Part shown: piece by piece, positions 1 through 12,045 of the stretch
How positions within the stretch are numbered: position 1 is the first letter of the stretch
How the letters are laid out: the number at the start of each line of letters is the position of its first letter
Assembly: GCA_964016885.1 (NCBI GenBank)
Contig: OZ024743.1
Coordinates: forward strand, 193,006,001-193,070,000
Reading direction: 5' to 3'
DNA length: 64,000 nt
DNA from: Eledone cirrhosa
Lineage: Eukaryota
The notes under the pieces: model-generated
What the model saw: the letters and a program-made list of their open reading frames with translations, nothing else
Told to the model about the DNA's origin: nothing
Databases searched by the model: none
Position numbers and translations under genes: made by a program

Positions 1-653
1 TGGGATGTCTGAATGAATATTCCAATAAAGCATACAAACAAATTTCACAAAAACAACATTTTTAAGGGAAGGGTGGATGTGTTAGAAGCATGAAATGATG
101 ATAATAGTGCACAACTAACTGCATGGAGTAGTTAGAAAAAATAAAGTAGCAGTCAAAATTGAATCAAATCAATTACATATTAATTCTATAACACCTATTG
201 CTAATAACCTTTAATGCTTCAAATACTAAGGATGGAAATGACAAAACTGAATGCTCTAAGGATTTTTGGTGCTTGAACAATATTTTTGCATTCAAACAAT
301 TTAAATATCTGACAGTTTCTGACAATTAAATAACATATATGTAAGACTGCATGACAAAATGAAAAAAAAGTTTGAGCAAAAGATAATTAGTGATTTTAGC
401 TAATTTTAGGATGCTTTTTCTGAATATGTACAAGATACTCCCTATATACCAAATTTACAGAAATGAAATGTAGCATGCAGTACATCAATACATTAATAAT
501 TGTTAAATAAACTGGAAAAAAACATCTTTTGTATGCATATTGATAATTTTGGCATCATAGGATTAAAGTACAAACACTTTAAGAGCTTTAACACATAAAA
601 ATTATAAAAATGACCAATAAGTTACTTGCAAAAAATAAAGTAATAATGCTTAC

Positions 654-756
654 GATATTGGCCATCAGAAGGCAAAGTCTGGGTAGTACTTGTAACAGAG
701 TCTTGGGTCTTATTTATTACATCCTGCAGGATTTCCGATTTCATTTCCTGAATCAC
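654..756 (-). CDS. NBR1: NBR1-like coding exon 7 (VIQEMKSEILQDVINKTQDSVTSTTQTLPSDGQY); gene continues left of the window
   Basis: tcatag| ... |gtaagc, 103 nt, phase 0/1, helical/coiled-coil-like start. Confidence 0.8.
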
Positions 757-884
757 CTATGAAGAAACAAACATTCATAAGTCAATAGATTCTTTACATT
801 ATAGATACCAAACATTTGGAAGTGACAACTTATATGATCAGTTTCTAAAGTAAAATATTTCCCTAATCCATAGTGTTGACAACA

Positions 885-1390
885 ATCATCATCATCACTG
901 TTTAGTGTTCATTTTTCCATGCTTGCATGGGTTAGACAGGTTGTCCAGGTTGTCCATGTTGGGAGACAAGTCTGGCCAGAATTGGCCACGCCATACCTTG
1001 CTCCGACAAGGACTGTAAATTTGGCCACAGATTTTACAGCTGGATGTCCTTCCTAACACCAACCACATTTACAGTGTGGAACTGGATGGCACCGTTATGA
1101 GGAGGGACAAGCCAATTGCTGAACCCATCTCACAGCAGAACCATAGTTTTGGAACCCGATACTGGATGGCACCAATATGAAGGACAGGCCAGATGGCCGC
1201 GCTGAACCCTTCTCACAGCGGAGTCATAGTTTGCACACCACAACCGCATTTGCAGTGTCGAATCACTGAGGAAGGACAAGCCATTTGGCAGCAATGAGCC
1301 CTTCCCACTTTGGAAACCACAGTTTGGAAGTCTGGGGCTGGATGACACTGCTATGCGGAGGGACAGGCTTGTTGGCCATGCTGAACCCTT
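885..1390 (-). mobile_element. RTE-tailed short element with internal tandem array
   Basis: (CAT)n tail, ccatgcttgcatggg and gctggatgtccttcctaacaccaacc motifs, followed by repeated gga(g)gacaagcc...gctgaacc units. Confidence 0.6.
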
Positions 1391-1537
1391 AATACAGTTT
1401 TTTTTTATATTATTACAAACGTTGGATTAGTTCCACAAAAAGATTCTATATTTACAACAGTCAGATTTTTTTAAATGATACAAAAAATTAATTTCATAAA
1501 TTAGCATTAATGACTAAGAGTAAAGAAAGAACCTTAC

Positions 1538-1765
1538 TTGCTTCAGTAGCACAGGCAGAGTACTGATAGATATACAGTCAGGTTCCTGACTGCAATTTGA
1601 AAAAAGAGAAGTTGGTGCCTTCTCTCCAGATTCAGAGTCACATTGAGAGGATAATACATGGGGTTTATGTTCAGCTGTAACTGATTTGGTTTGAATAACA
1701 GTTGGTGCCACATGGTTATGAAGAATGGGGGGGCTTATTGTCAATTTTTTTAGATACGGTAGGAC
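1538..1765 (-). CDS. NBR1: NBR1-like coding exon 6 (VLPYLKKLTISPP...LPVLLKQ)
   Basis: ttttag| ... |gtaagg, 228 nt, phase 0/0. Same frame as track ORF 1514..1744. Confidence 0.8.
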
Positions 1766-1849
1766 CTAAAATTTATAAAACAAAAAGTAGAATATATTAG
1801 AACTCATTAAAATATATCAACAAGTGTTTGAAGGCCAGCTTTCCTGCTC

Positions 1850-2260
1850 AAGCAGGGGTTAGCTTTGCAGGTTTCATAACAAGATTTTCTGTTTCACCCT
1901 ACCCTCTGCATCCTTCCTAGCTTTCATTTCCTCCTCCATTATCTTTAGTCAAATCCTTCTCGATCTTCCACTTTCTCTATTTTCTTCCACATCCACTTTC
2001 GTCACTCCTCTCACCCAGTCACTTTCATCATTCCTCAACACATGATGCAACCATCCCATTTTATTTCTCTCATTGGTTCTATTCCCATCATCCTCTGCAA
2101 TTCATTGTTTTCCTCTCTAAGTGATACTTTGCTCAACCATTAAACCATATTCATTTCCATTCTTTTCAACCTTCTCCACTATTCCTTCTTCATCATCCAT
2201 GTCTCACTCCCATAAATCACAGGACTTCTTACACATGCAACGTATACCTTTCACTAAAAC
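1850..2260 (-). mobile_element. Degenerate RTE LINE 3' fragment
   Basis: Decayed similarity to the RTE 3' regions at 10107-10600 and 46200-46700. Confidence 0.45.
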
Positions 2261-3215
2261 ATAATTTACCAACATTTCTATTAAACTCCTACAGGGGTCA
2301 CAGTTATTTTTCTTTTTGTCTTTGGGTTTTTTTTAAATGAAAACGAAAATCAAATATCAATATGATTAATAATAAATGATAAACTACAAATTATGTGAGG
2401 CAGGCACAGTTGTAAGTTCACAACAATCTGAATATTAAATTCTTAATTACAACTATTTCATTTACTTTGTTAATATCTTGAAGGATAGTATAGCCATCAA
2501 TCATCCTATATCCTTGCCTCTAAAAATCTTAATTTTCATGTCTATGTGTTCTAATATACTAATATTTTAACAAATCCCCATTATCACAATATAAAATGTG
2601 CCATCAAGTGACAAATCAGAACCATCAGCATAAAAAAAAAATGCCCAGCATGGAACCCATTTTCACACATATACAACTATGCTGGACCACCATATTATAC
2701 GAATGGTCAAGAACATTGTCTTGTTATAGACACGAAATAGTAATAATAATGATGTTAAACAAAAAGATAACCTGAGCAAAAATCTTTTATTGATATAAAT
2801 ACCCAAATGAATTTCAAACATCAATCAGTTGAATAAATGAAATGAAAAAAAAATGAAATTTACAGCTCACACTTGTAGAGGTTTAGCTGACCTCCTGAGG
2901 TTATATCCTGTACAAAATTTCTTTGCCGTTTTAATGATGGGGGGCCCCAGTCCTTCCATGAAAAGTAACATTAAATGGAGTGTCTTGCCCCAAAACACAA
3001 CACACTGCTCAGTCTAGAAATCAAACCCATAACCATATGATTTTGAATCCAACACCCTAACCACTAAACCATGTGCTTTCACATAATTGAATAAATAGTA
3101 TTTTATAAAGAATTCGAAGTATGAAAGCCAATTTATTTTGTCCTAAAGAAATTACATTTTTAGATCAATGGCATTTGATTAATGGAACTATGTGAATTAA
3201 GATTATTAAGATTAA

Positions 3216-4685
3216 CCCTTTAGCATTCACATTGAATTGTCAAATGTCATGTTCATCTATTCGCATTATTTTCACTTAATTATACTCAAGAGGGTTATCA
3301 ATTTTATTTGTTTGTAATTACTTTAATTTTCTATGTGCAGACTTGAAATTTTGTCAGTAGATGTTTAAATAACTATAATTTACAATTATATATTTTTACC
3401 TGATTTTTTTTGTTAAATTTGACTTTTATGGGCAAGTGAAATTAATTAACAGGTGTAAAAGTAATAACTTTATGGATAAACACAAAAATTTAAACTTTAT
3501 CTGCCTTATCTGTTAGATTTGTTGCAAAAAAATCCAATAATGACCTAGATGCTGATTTCCATCAATTCTAGCAGTTTTCTGAACAGGTGAATTAATTAAA
3601 AATGCAGGTGTAATCAGTACACGGTTTTAGTCTTTCTCTACATTCCAGGCAAATATTTTCATTGAAAAAAAATGTATAAAACCTTTTCACCGGTCAAAAT
3701 AATATTGGCAATGTACTCTGTAAATGTACGGTGTAAAATTACGTAATAGAAAGTTCCCAATATATAAGTTTATACACACTTTTAAATTTTTCTGACAATA
3801 TTTCAATTAATGGTCGTACTTTGTACAATGGGTCGTAATTTGATTCATTTCTACCAGGGGCATTTGAAGTATCAACCAGATGCAAATACTGGTTTAATTT
3901 AATGAATCTCGTTTTTGCCATAATACTAGATATATAAGGGTCACCAAACCTTATATCAGTACTCCAATAATTCCACAGTCGTGGAAATTGTTTAATACCA
4001 AACATAATATTTATGGTAAAAAACGCTTTCATTTCGGCAGAATCTGTCGGACAACATAACAGATCGGGTTTTCCGATATTAGAAATTTGTTGTTGTGCAT
4101 AGCGATTTGCCACAACTTCGAAGAAAGATTGTGGTAAAAATAAAAAATAATAATCCAGTGCTTTAGCATCGGGTGGTAATGTGTGTTGTGGTCCAATATT
4201 TTCAGTAAAATCCGAAACATGTATCGATGTTGTTTCTTTCAACCACGTTGCTATTTTTTCAATGGTGTCAGTCAAATCTTCTCTTTCACTTTCAAAGTAA
4301 TTATCATCATTATCAGATATATCAGAAATAAATATATCTGATTCGTTTGAAGATAAATCACTGATATTATCTTCTGTTTCTTTTTGATCTCGAATGTCGT
4401 CGGACGTAAAACCTTCAAATTCGTTGTCGCTACTTTCGGAAGCCATGTTACACTTTCAACGTTAAAAACACGTGTTATCGCAAGTTCTTTAACTATACTA
4501 AGAGTTAATTTTCGCGCGTAAGGGCTTTATCTCGCAGTAATCTCGAATTGACGAGATTTCGATGATGTCAATGTTTATTTTTAGAAGGAAATCTCCGTGT
4601 GGTATTAAATGTCGGTTTTTGTCGGTTTGAATAAATGAAAGGGGACATAATTTTGTCGGTTTTTGTCGCTTTGAACGCTAAAGGG
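3216..4685 (-). mobile_element. Internally deleted piggyBac transposon (1470 bp)
   Basis: TTAA at 3212-3215 and 4686-4689, TIRs CCCTTTAGCATTCA / TGAACGCTAAAGGG, contains a transposase fragment. Confidence 0.92.
3739..4446 (-). pseudogene. Truncated piggyBac (PGBD4-like) transposase, 235 aa N-terminal part
   Basis: Acidic N-terminus, EMKAFF..NIMFGI, NYWSTD, MAKTRF, DPLYKVRPLIE. The frame stops just before the first catalytic Asp region. Confidence 0.88.
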
Positions 4686-4820
4686 TTAAACATTGAATAA
4701 TTCAAAGAAAAACAAGGGAAGGGGTTGTTGTCCATGTGTAGAGAAGAATATAAATTGAATATGTTCATATGCTTATCAATTGACTAAAAGAAAAAAATAA
4801 TAAATATTGATTTTACTAAC

Positions 4821-4911
4821 TTTGGATCTGATAACAGTACCAGTTTCTTCATCTCTTGTTACGATAGTAGTATTCTCAGAATTCACTTCTGCAATTCTAG
4901 ATAGGTTTGTT
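4821..4911 (-). CDS. NBR1: NBR1-like coding exon 5 (QTNLSRIAEVNSENTTIVTRDEETGTVIRSK)
   Basis: cttcag| ... |gttagt, 91 nt, phase 2/0, open and phase-matched with both neighbours. Confidence 0.8.
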
Positions 4912-5344
4912 CTGAAGAATAAGTATACCATTAATCATTTATCAGAGAATAGCTATCAAAATATAACTTTTCTTAACAATTTGCAAAAATAAATAATATG
5001 CTTTTGGTGGTTATGACATATCATCTTAGACTTGAAATGGAATATAATATTTAGCAGTAGTTAGCATTATCTATGTTACAGAAGTTCCCAATTCTATGCC
5101 CAAATGAGAAACATTTTTAATACAACTGATTTGCACTGTGCAGCTAGGATGTTAGAGCTGTATTTAAACTTCAGAAATAGTGCTCAAACATATTGCAAAA
5201 ACAAAGTCAAATTTGCCTTTCATCTTTTCTAGGTTGATAAAAAAAAAGTACCAGTCATGTAGTGGGATTGACTCTCTCTCTCTCTCTCTCTCTGAAATCG
5301 GCTGTGCTCAGGCCTTGAGAAGGGAAGGGCTCTGCCAGGTTTAA

Positions 5345-5551
5345 TCCTTTAACATTTAAACCGGCTTGTATCTGGCCAGAATTCTCTCACCTCTTTCTGT
5401 TCAAACCAGCTGTAACCGGCCACTCATACTGATGTTAAGGTATTATTCTCAAAATAAATATTAAAATCTCATAGATTCGATATTATATGAAGTAATTATG
5501 TGAGAAAAAGCCTTTACTGTGAAAATATAGCGTAATGCAAATGCTAAAGGG
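5345..5551. mobile_element. piggyBac-type MITE
   Basis: ttaa|tcctttaacattt ... aaatgctaaaggg|ttaa; TIR closely related to that of 3216-4685. Confidence 0.7.
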
Positions 5552-6270
5552 TTAAGAAATGCCCCTATGACTACATCAGAAGTTACAGGTCCATAGATAC
5601 ATATTGTTAGAACAAAGATTGGTTGTTTTAGAAAAAAAAAAAAGAAATTAACAATTATTACTCCACCACCATAATCCATGTTTTTGCTTTTGATGCAATT
5701 AATAAATTGATGTATGCCAGAGAAAGTTTACATGCTCTCAAATAGCTCTTTCCTGATATTGATTTCTTTTTCTTAAATGACATTCATGTTGACATTTGTC
5801 TGGATTTGTATTTCGTTTGACAAGTTAGTCTAGCATCAGATTTTGATGTAGTCAGCCAAGTATATTTATAAACTCACCAACACTAGAAAGGTTATCTTCT
5901 CAGGTACATATTGCAATTTATCAGTTATATGAGAGTAGCTGCTTTACTAGTTAGACTGTTAGTGAGAAAGACAGTAAAAGGCAAAAACTGACAGTAAAGA
6001 AGGTAGAACATTGCAATAAGATAGTTAAACCAAAGAGGATGGAACATGAAAAAATAGCATGTGACTGAACTTTCATTCCTTTCTACAGTATTCGTTAGAA
6101 AAACCTAAAGACAGCTGAAACTACATAGTGCTACAAATTCTACAATATCTCTGGCCTGTCAATATTCATCTAGCTATGAAAAAATAATCCATATGTAGAA
6201 AATTCTTTTTATGTTGAATTAAATCTAATGCATTTGCCAATTAATTTTAGGTTAAAAAAAATTCACTTAC

Positions 6271-6389
6271 TGTGTACAGGAGTCTTTACCAGCAAAAGGA
6301 TTAGTTGCTAAGTTTTCAACTTCATCATTTTGTTGCGAGACAATGCTATTAATCAGTAGTTCAAGCTTGTCATTATTTTTTTTGGCCAT
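6271..6389 (-). CDS. NBR1: NBR1-like coding exon 4 (MAKKNNDKLELLINSIVSQQNDEVENLATNPFAGKDSCT)
   Basis: ctgtag| ... |gtaagt, 119 nt, phase 0/2. End of PB1 (cf. MAVKQGNQLQMQV). Confidence 0.85.
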
Positions 6390-6544
6390 CTACAGAAGGA
6401 TATTTAAAAAGGAAACTTGCATGAACATACATGGCTATAGTTTAAGTACAAGTTATTGCAGTTATATACTGTTAATTTATATTAAACATGATACTAGGTA
6501 TCAAATATGTTAGAAATCATAATATCAAGTATATTATTAACGTG

Positions 6545-7200
6545 ATTTCTAACATAGGCACAAGGTCAACAGTTTGGTGAGAGGGTTTAGTCAAATGTAT
6601 TGGCTCCATTGCTAGAGTGGTATTCTATTTTATCAACCCCAGAAGGATGACAAATTTGACATCAACAGGATTTTAACTCAGAACATAAAAAAAACAACAA
6701 CTAAATGTTGCAAAGCATTTTGTCAGTCCAACATAATAGTAGAGTTATATCACCTCATAAGAGAATGCTGCTAAAAGAAAATGTTCTCATTCTTATATTA
6801 ACTAGGTCAGTGGATGATAGAATCAGTAAAACAAACTAAATGTTTTATGTATTGAGTCATATTCTTTTACACCGAGTTCAAATCCCACTTACATTCCCAA
6901 CTTTGTCTATCTTTTCAGTGTCGATAAAGCTAGTGCTGAGTTCGACTAAATGAATTGTGCCTCCCCACTAAATATATGACCTTGTGGTGGATTGGTAGTA
7001 TCAGTATAGCCTCGGACAACATGAGTTGCAGCATATAATAACGGCCCTTTACATTCTGAGTTCAAATACCACCAAGGTTAGCTTTGCCTTTCATTTTTAC
7101 AGGGCCAATAAAATAAAACACCAGTAATGCACTGGGGTTGATTCAATCCACTTTCTCCTTCCCATCAAATTGCTGGCCTTGTGCCAAATGTAAAAATTAC
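6545..7200. mobile_element. Cluster of tRNA-derived SINEs (one minus, two plus copies)
   Basis: B-box-like gagttcaaat followed by the tttgcctttcat...aataaa.taccag core and ggccttgtgcc tail. Confidence 0.65.
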
Positions 7201-7267
7201 TATGCAGTTCTTGAAAAGAAGGCAGGAACTATTTCATATTGATACTATTAAACAAAAGAAAATCAAT

Positions 7268-9365
7268 GTATCTTCTTCACCCACTTATTCCTGAGATGGC
7301 CATTGAGGCAAAGTCCTCAAAGACTCCTTCAGCAAGTCCTGTCAGAAGCAACTGTCTCCAACTGATATGGCTGGATCCTCAAGTGAAACCAGCCAAGCTT
7401 ATGGATGTTATCCAACCATCTTGTTTGGGCTCTACTCCTGGGTCCCCTGCTGGTTGGTTTTACCCATAAAATCTGTCCAGCAATTCTTTCCCTGAGACAT
7501 TCTAACCACATGCCCATAGTATTGGAGCTGTGATCTCTCAATTCAGAGAAATAGTGGCTCTACCTGGAGGGACTCTCTGAGCTATACACTATCGAACAAT
7601 GTTGCTCCAAAGACCCTTCGAAGTAACCCCATTTCGGCCACTTGTATTCGCAATCATATTCTTTTGGTCATTACCCAAGATTTATTACCATAGGTATGGG
7701 TTGGCATGAATACCGAAATGAAGATAGCAAGTTTGGTTTTTATGTCTATCTCCGTTCTTCTGATTACTGAATGCTGAAGCTGGCGAATTACTGCACCAGC
7801 TCCTGCAATACTTGCACTTAATTCAGCCTCCTGCCTTCCATCAATCTTGAACACGATCCCGAGATACTTGAACTGCTCTACCTGCTTCAGTGGAACTCCA
7901 TTCACATGTAGAGTGCACTGCGCAAGCTTCCTTGAGAGGATGAGTGTCTGTTTTTGCAACACTGATTTTTATTCCAGCCATGCAGCACTCGGCATCAAAC
8001 CTATTGAGTGCAAATCGGAGATGACCTTCTGTCGAGTTAAATAGAACCATGTCGTCTGCAAATTCCAGCTGACTGATTTTACACCCGCCAGTCAAAATAC
8101 CACTACCTGTCCAGCTGTGAGTGTCAATCTTGTTCATGTAAATAATGAACATGGGAGGTGACAGTGTGAACACTTGGCAGAGTCCGACTCTCACATTGAA
8201 CAGTTTTGATTCATATAGAGACATCAAGAAGCTGACCATCGATCCCATACTCCTGCATAACCTTCCACAGCAGGTGCCGAGGAACACAATCTTATGCCTT
8301 TTCGAGGTCGACAAAACAAGAATATACATCTTGGCAATACTCCCACGATTTCTCGAAGACCTGCCACAGTGGGAAGTATTGGTGGATAAGAAAGTCAGGA
8401 CCAGGTATGCAAATACTATTGCATCCAAATTCAAAGATCTCCCTGAGCAAAGTGAGTATGTTGAGACAGAGTGGAGATTGTTCATCTCAGCAGTTTCTGC
8501 TTCAGCTGTTAAATGCTGGAGGCAAAAGAGGCTTCGTGTGGTGCCAGATGGCAGGAGGACCCATTTGTTCAATCAAGAGGTCAAAGATGTCATCTGGGAA
8601 AAGAAGAAGGCTTACAAAGCTTGGCTTGGAAATAAGTCCTCCTTCTTACACATGCAGTACAAGAAAGCATGAAAAATTGCAGTGGAGAGAGTAAAGGTGT
8701 CCAAAGTTAAGACATGGGAAAACTTTGGGGTTAAGTTGGAATCCGATTTCAGATCAGCAAATAAAATGTTCTGGCAGACCATCTGCCGACTTCATAATAA
8801 GAAGCCCTCCACCACACCCGCTATCAAGTACACGCCTGGGGTTCTCCTCTCTTCAGAGAGGTGCATCCTCATGTGGTGGAAAGAAAACTGCTGATCTCCT
8901 AAACCCGATCACAGCAGCATCTTCTGATGTACATGAGGTGCATCTGGGAGCGATGACTAATCTCTCAGAGGTTAAAGTCACAAGAGCAGTTAAAGAGCTC
9001 AAATGTGGCAAGGCCGCTAGGAAAGATGAAATCCAGCCCAAGATGTTAAAAGCCTTAAACACAGAAGGTATTCTCTGGCCGACTCGTGTGTGCCGGGTGG
9101 CCTGGATCTCTGGAAAGATACCTAAGAAATGGCAAGTGGGAGTGATAATCCCAATCTTCAAAAAGAGAGACAAGAAAAATTGTTCCAATTATAGATGGAT
9201 CTACTTGTTAAGCCTACTTGAAAGTCTATGCTAAGTCTCTGGCAAAGAGATGCAGCGAAATTGTCGAATCCAAGCTAGTTCATGAACAGTGCAGTTTTTG
9301 CTCCGGATGTAGCATATCTGACCAAATATTCACATTGTGACAGGTCTTCAAGAAATCGTGGGAGT
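7268..9365 (-). mobile_element. RTE-clade LINE with inverted 5' segment
   Basis: The minus part 7268-8371 encodes the RT C-half (EFADDMVL, FKYLG, WLDNI). The plus part 8371-9366 encodes the RT N-half (GKAA..DEI, IIPIFKK.DKKNCSNYR). Flanked by AAATCAAT at 7260 and 9366. Confidence 0.85.
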
Positions 9366-9577
9366 AAATCAATAAATTTATCTAAACTTAGAATTCATAA
9401 TTTGTTTTAATTTTTTGCTCTTTTAATTATTAAAAATTTTTCAAATTACTGATAATTGAAAACTAAATGTTGATTACATTATAAAGATTATTAAATCTGA
9501 AATATTTTATTCTTAACAAAAACTTCAAAGATAATTATTAAAAGTAATTTTTTAGAAGGTGAAAATATAAAACATAC

Positions 9578-9619
9578 TGTGAAAGCTTCAAAGAGTTCTT
9601 CGGGACTGCTTACTATGAT
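9578..9619 (-). CDS. NBR1: NBR1-like coding exon 3 (IIVSSPEELFEAFT)
   Basis: tttcag| ... |gtatgt, 42 nt, phase 0/0. Continues PB1 (cf. VSINSQGEYEEALK). Confidence 0.88.
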
Positions 9620-10106
9620 CTGAAATTAAAAGTTATATTTTTTTGATAATTTTCTAAGCTTGAATAAATAACAAATGTCTCTAGAGAGGAAAAAAACATG
9701 CAGAAAATGTACAATTTCAAATATCTCAAGAAACAAATGACTTGAAATATTCTATTTGTCTAGTGTGATACAAACAAGCTAATTAGATCAACTCTAGGCA
9801 AACATTATAATTTTAGTTATAAGTGATAATTGTATATGTTTTGAAGTTTACTTTCAATTCAGTTCATTAATGCTTCCATTAACATATTGCTAATGAAAAA
9901 CACTACCTATATATATTTTGAAAATAATCAAGAATTTAGGATTTAGTAATATAACTTTGTCATTAAACTGGTGTTTTGAACATAACCTAAAGATTCATTT
10001 AAAATTATAATGGAAGGGTTTTAGATAAATATAAACATTTAAAAATGAACAGTTTTGTATTGTAGAATCAGAAGCAGTTTCAGGTGGTTAGTTTCATAAT
10101 TAAATA

Positions 10107-11200
10107 TATCATCATCATCATCGTTTTTACATCTGCTTTTCCATGCTTGCATGGGTTGGATGGACTCTAGTCAACATGGCATCCCTCGACTTGTGTTCCT
10201 TCGTCATCTCCTCTGCTAGTCTTAGCGATTTGAGGTCCGCTCTCACAAACTCTGCCCAGGTCTTTCTGAGTTGTCCTCTATTGTGACTTCCTTCCACTGG
10301 GATTTCCTCACCCATTGGTCACTGTCCATACCAATGCAGTCTTCTCTCCTGCACACCATCTCAGATTCCCCTTCAGACCAGCTTCTCTCACAGCTCGTCC
10401 AAGCTCTGCCTCTCTCACATTTCCATTGCACATCCAACGAAACACAGCTGCTTCATTTCTCTCAGTCTACGTATGTCCTCTGCAGTCACAGCCCATGTTT
10501 CACTATGATGCAGCATTGCGCACTAAACGCAGACATCATACAGCCTTCCTTCTGTGCGTAGGGAGAAACCTTTTGTTGTCAGCAGTAGGAGCAGTACTCT
10601 AAACTTCTTCCACTCTATCCTTTTTCTAGCTATTATATTCTCAGCACACCGTCCTCCGCTGCTAATTAAGTCACCTAGATAGCAGAAGCTATCAACTATG
10701 TCTCTGTATCCTTCCTGTGACTAGAAAAGTTTTATATCATTACCAGTCTTCCTCTTGATTTCTCCTATGCATCTTCTACAAACAAAATTCTCCCTTCCTG
10801 TTAGTCTACTTATTATCCCACTACATCTTTTGTGTACTCAAGATTTACATTGTGTACATTGTATGGAGTTTATGCCAACTCCTTTTCTCATATTGAGCAT
10901 GGCCACTTCACTGGGTCCTGTCTTCTCTCCTACTTATAGCACTTTAAATTTGGCTAAGTTTATTCTCAGCCCTTTTGATTCCACATGGCTACCCTAGCCA
11001 CCCAACTACCATGCGCAGCACTAACACGACTAGTATTAGCCCTGTGTTTGCAATTAGTGGAAATCATATTGGTTGTGTTTTTCATAACTTTGGCTGGGTT
11101 TTACTGGCTGGATGCCCTTCCTAACACCAACCACTTTACAAAATAAACTGGGCGTACTGTTTGTGCCACAAGCACTAGAGAGGTCGTCTTACCAGACTTA
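10107..11200 (-). mobile_element. RTE LINE, internally deleted (5'UTR joined to RT C-terminal part and (GAT)n tail)
   Basis: Tail atcatcatcatcg at 10108, GQLRKTWAEFVRADL motif, and a 5'UTR similar to 12100-12240 at 11040-11200. Confidence 0.75.
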
Positions 11201-11571
11201 AGAGTCTTCACCCTGTATCAGTTTTTATTTGGAGTGTCTACTCTTCTAGACGGGTGGCCTGCACTATGGTTTATGGAGCCCACGTCTGCCAGTGCCGTTG
11301 TTTTAAATTGGAGTTACTGCTCTCCTAGACAGGCTGCCTTCACTACAGCTTGCGGAGTCCACGTCAGTGCCATGGAATCATTAAATGGTTCAGAGTAGCA
11401 AATTGAGATTCATGATGTAGAATACATATTGGTGTGTGTATGCGTATAAGCAGAAGGGAAAAGGAAAAAGACAGGACAGAACCGTATCTGACAGACAGCT
11501 CGACGAATAGTGGTAGATTGATCCAGAGTTAGCGTCACAAAACTGTTCATTTTAAAATTATATATATATAT

Positions 11572-11950
11572 ATCATCATTATCATCCTTTTTACACCTGT
11601 TTATCCACGCTTGCATGGATTGGACGGGTCCTTTTCAACACAGCATCTCACCACTCACTGCATTCCTTTCTCCTCTCCTGTGAGTTTCAGCAATTTGAGA
11701 GCAGCTCCCACCTACTCTGCCCAGGTCTTTCTTGGTCAAGCTCAACTGTGGCTTCCTTCCACTAAGATTTCCTGGCACTTCTTCACCCGGCGATCATCTG
11801 CTATGTACATCACATGTCTGTACCAATGCAGTATTCTCTCCTGCACACCACTTCGGAATCCTCTTAAACCCGGCTTCTCCATCAGTTCATCTAAGCTTTG
11901 CCTTTCTTTCACATTTATATCTAATGAAGCATTGTTGCTTCATTTCTCTC
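11572..11950 (-). mobile_element. RTE LINE 3' fragment
   Basis: (CAT)n tail and similarity to 10130-10450. Confidence 0.65.
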
Positions 11951-12045
11951 CAGAAATATAAACATATATCTGTCAGTGAAATTTGATAGTTGGAATCTGT
12001 GCAAAGCCCAATATTATATTTATATATATAATTTTTTTTTTTTTT

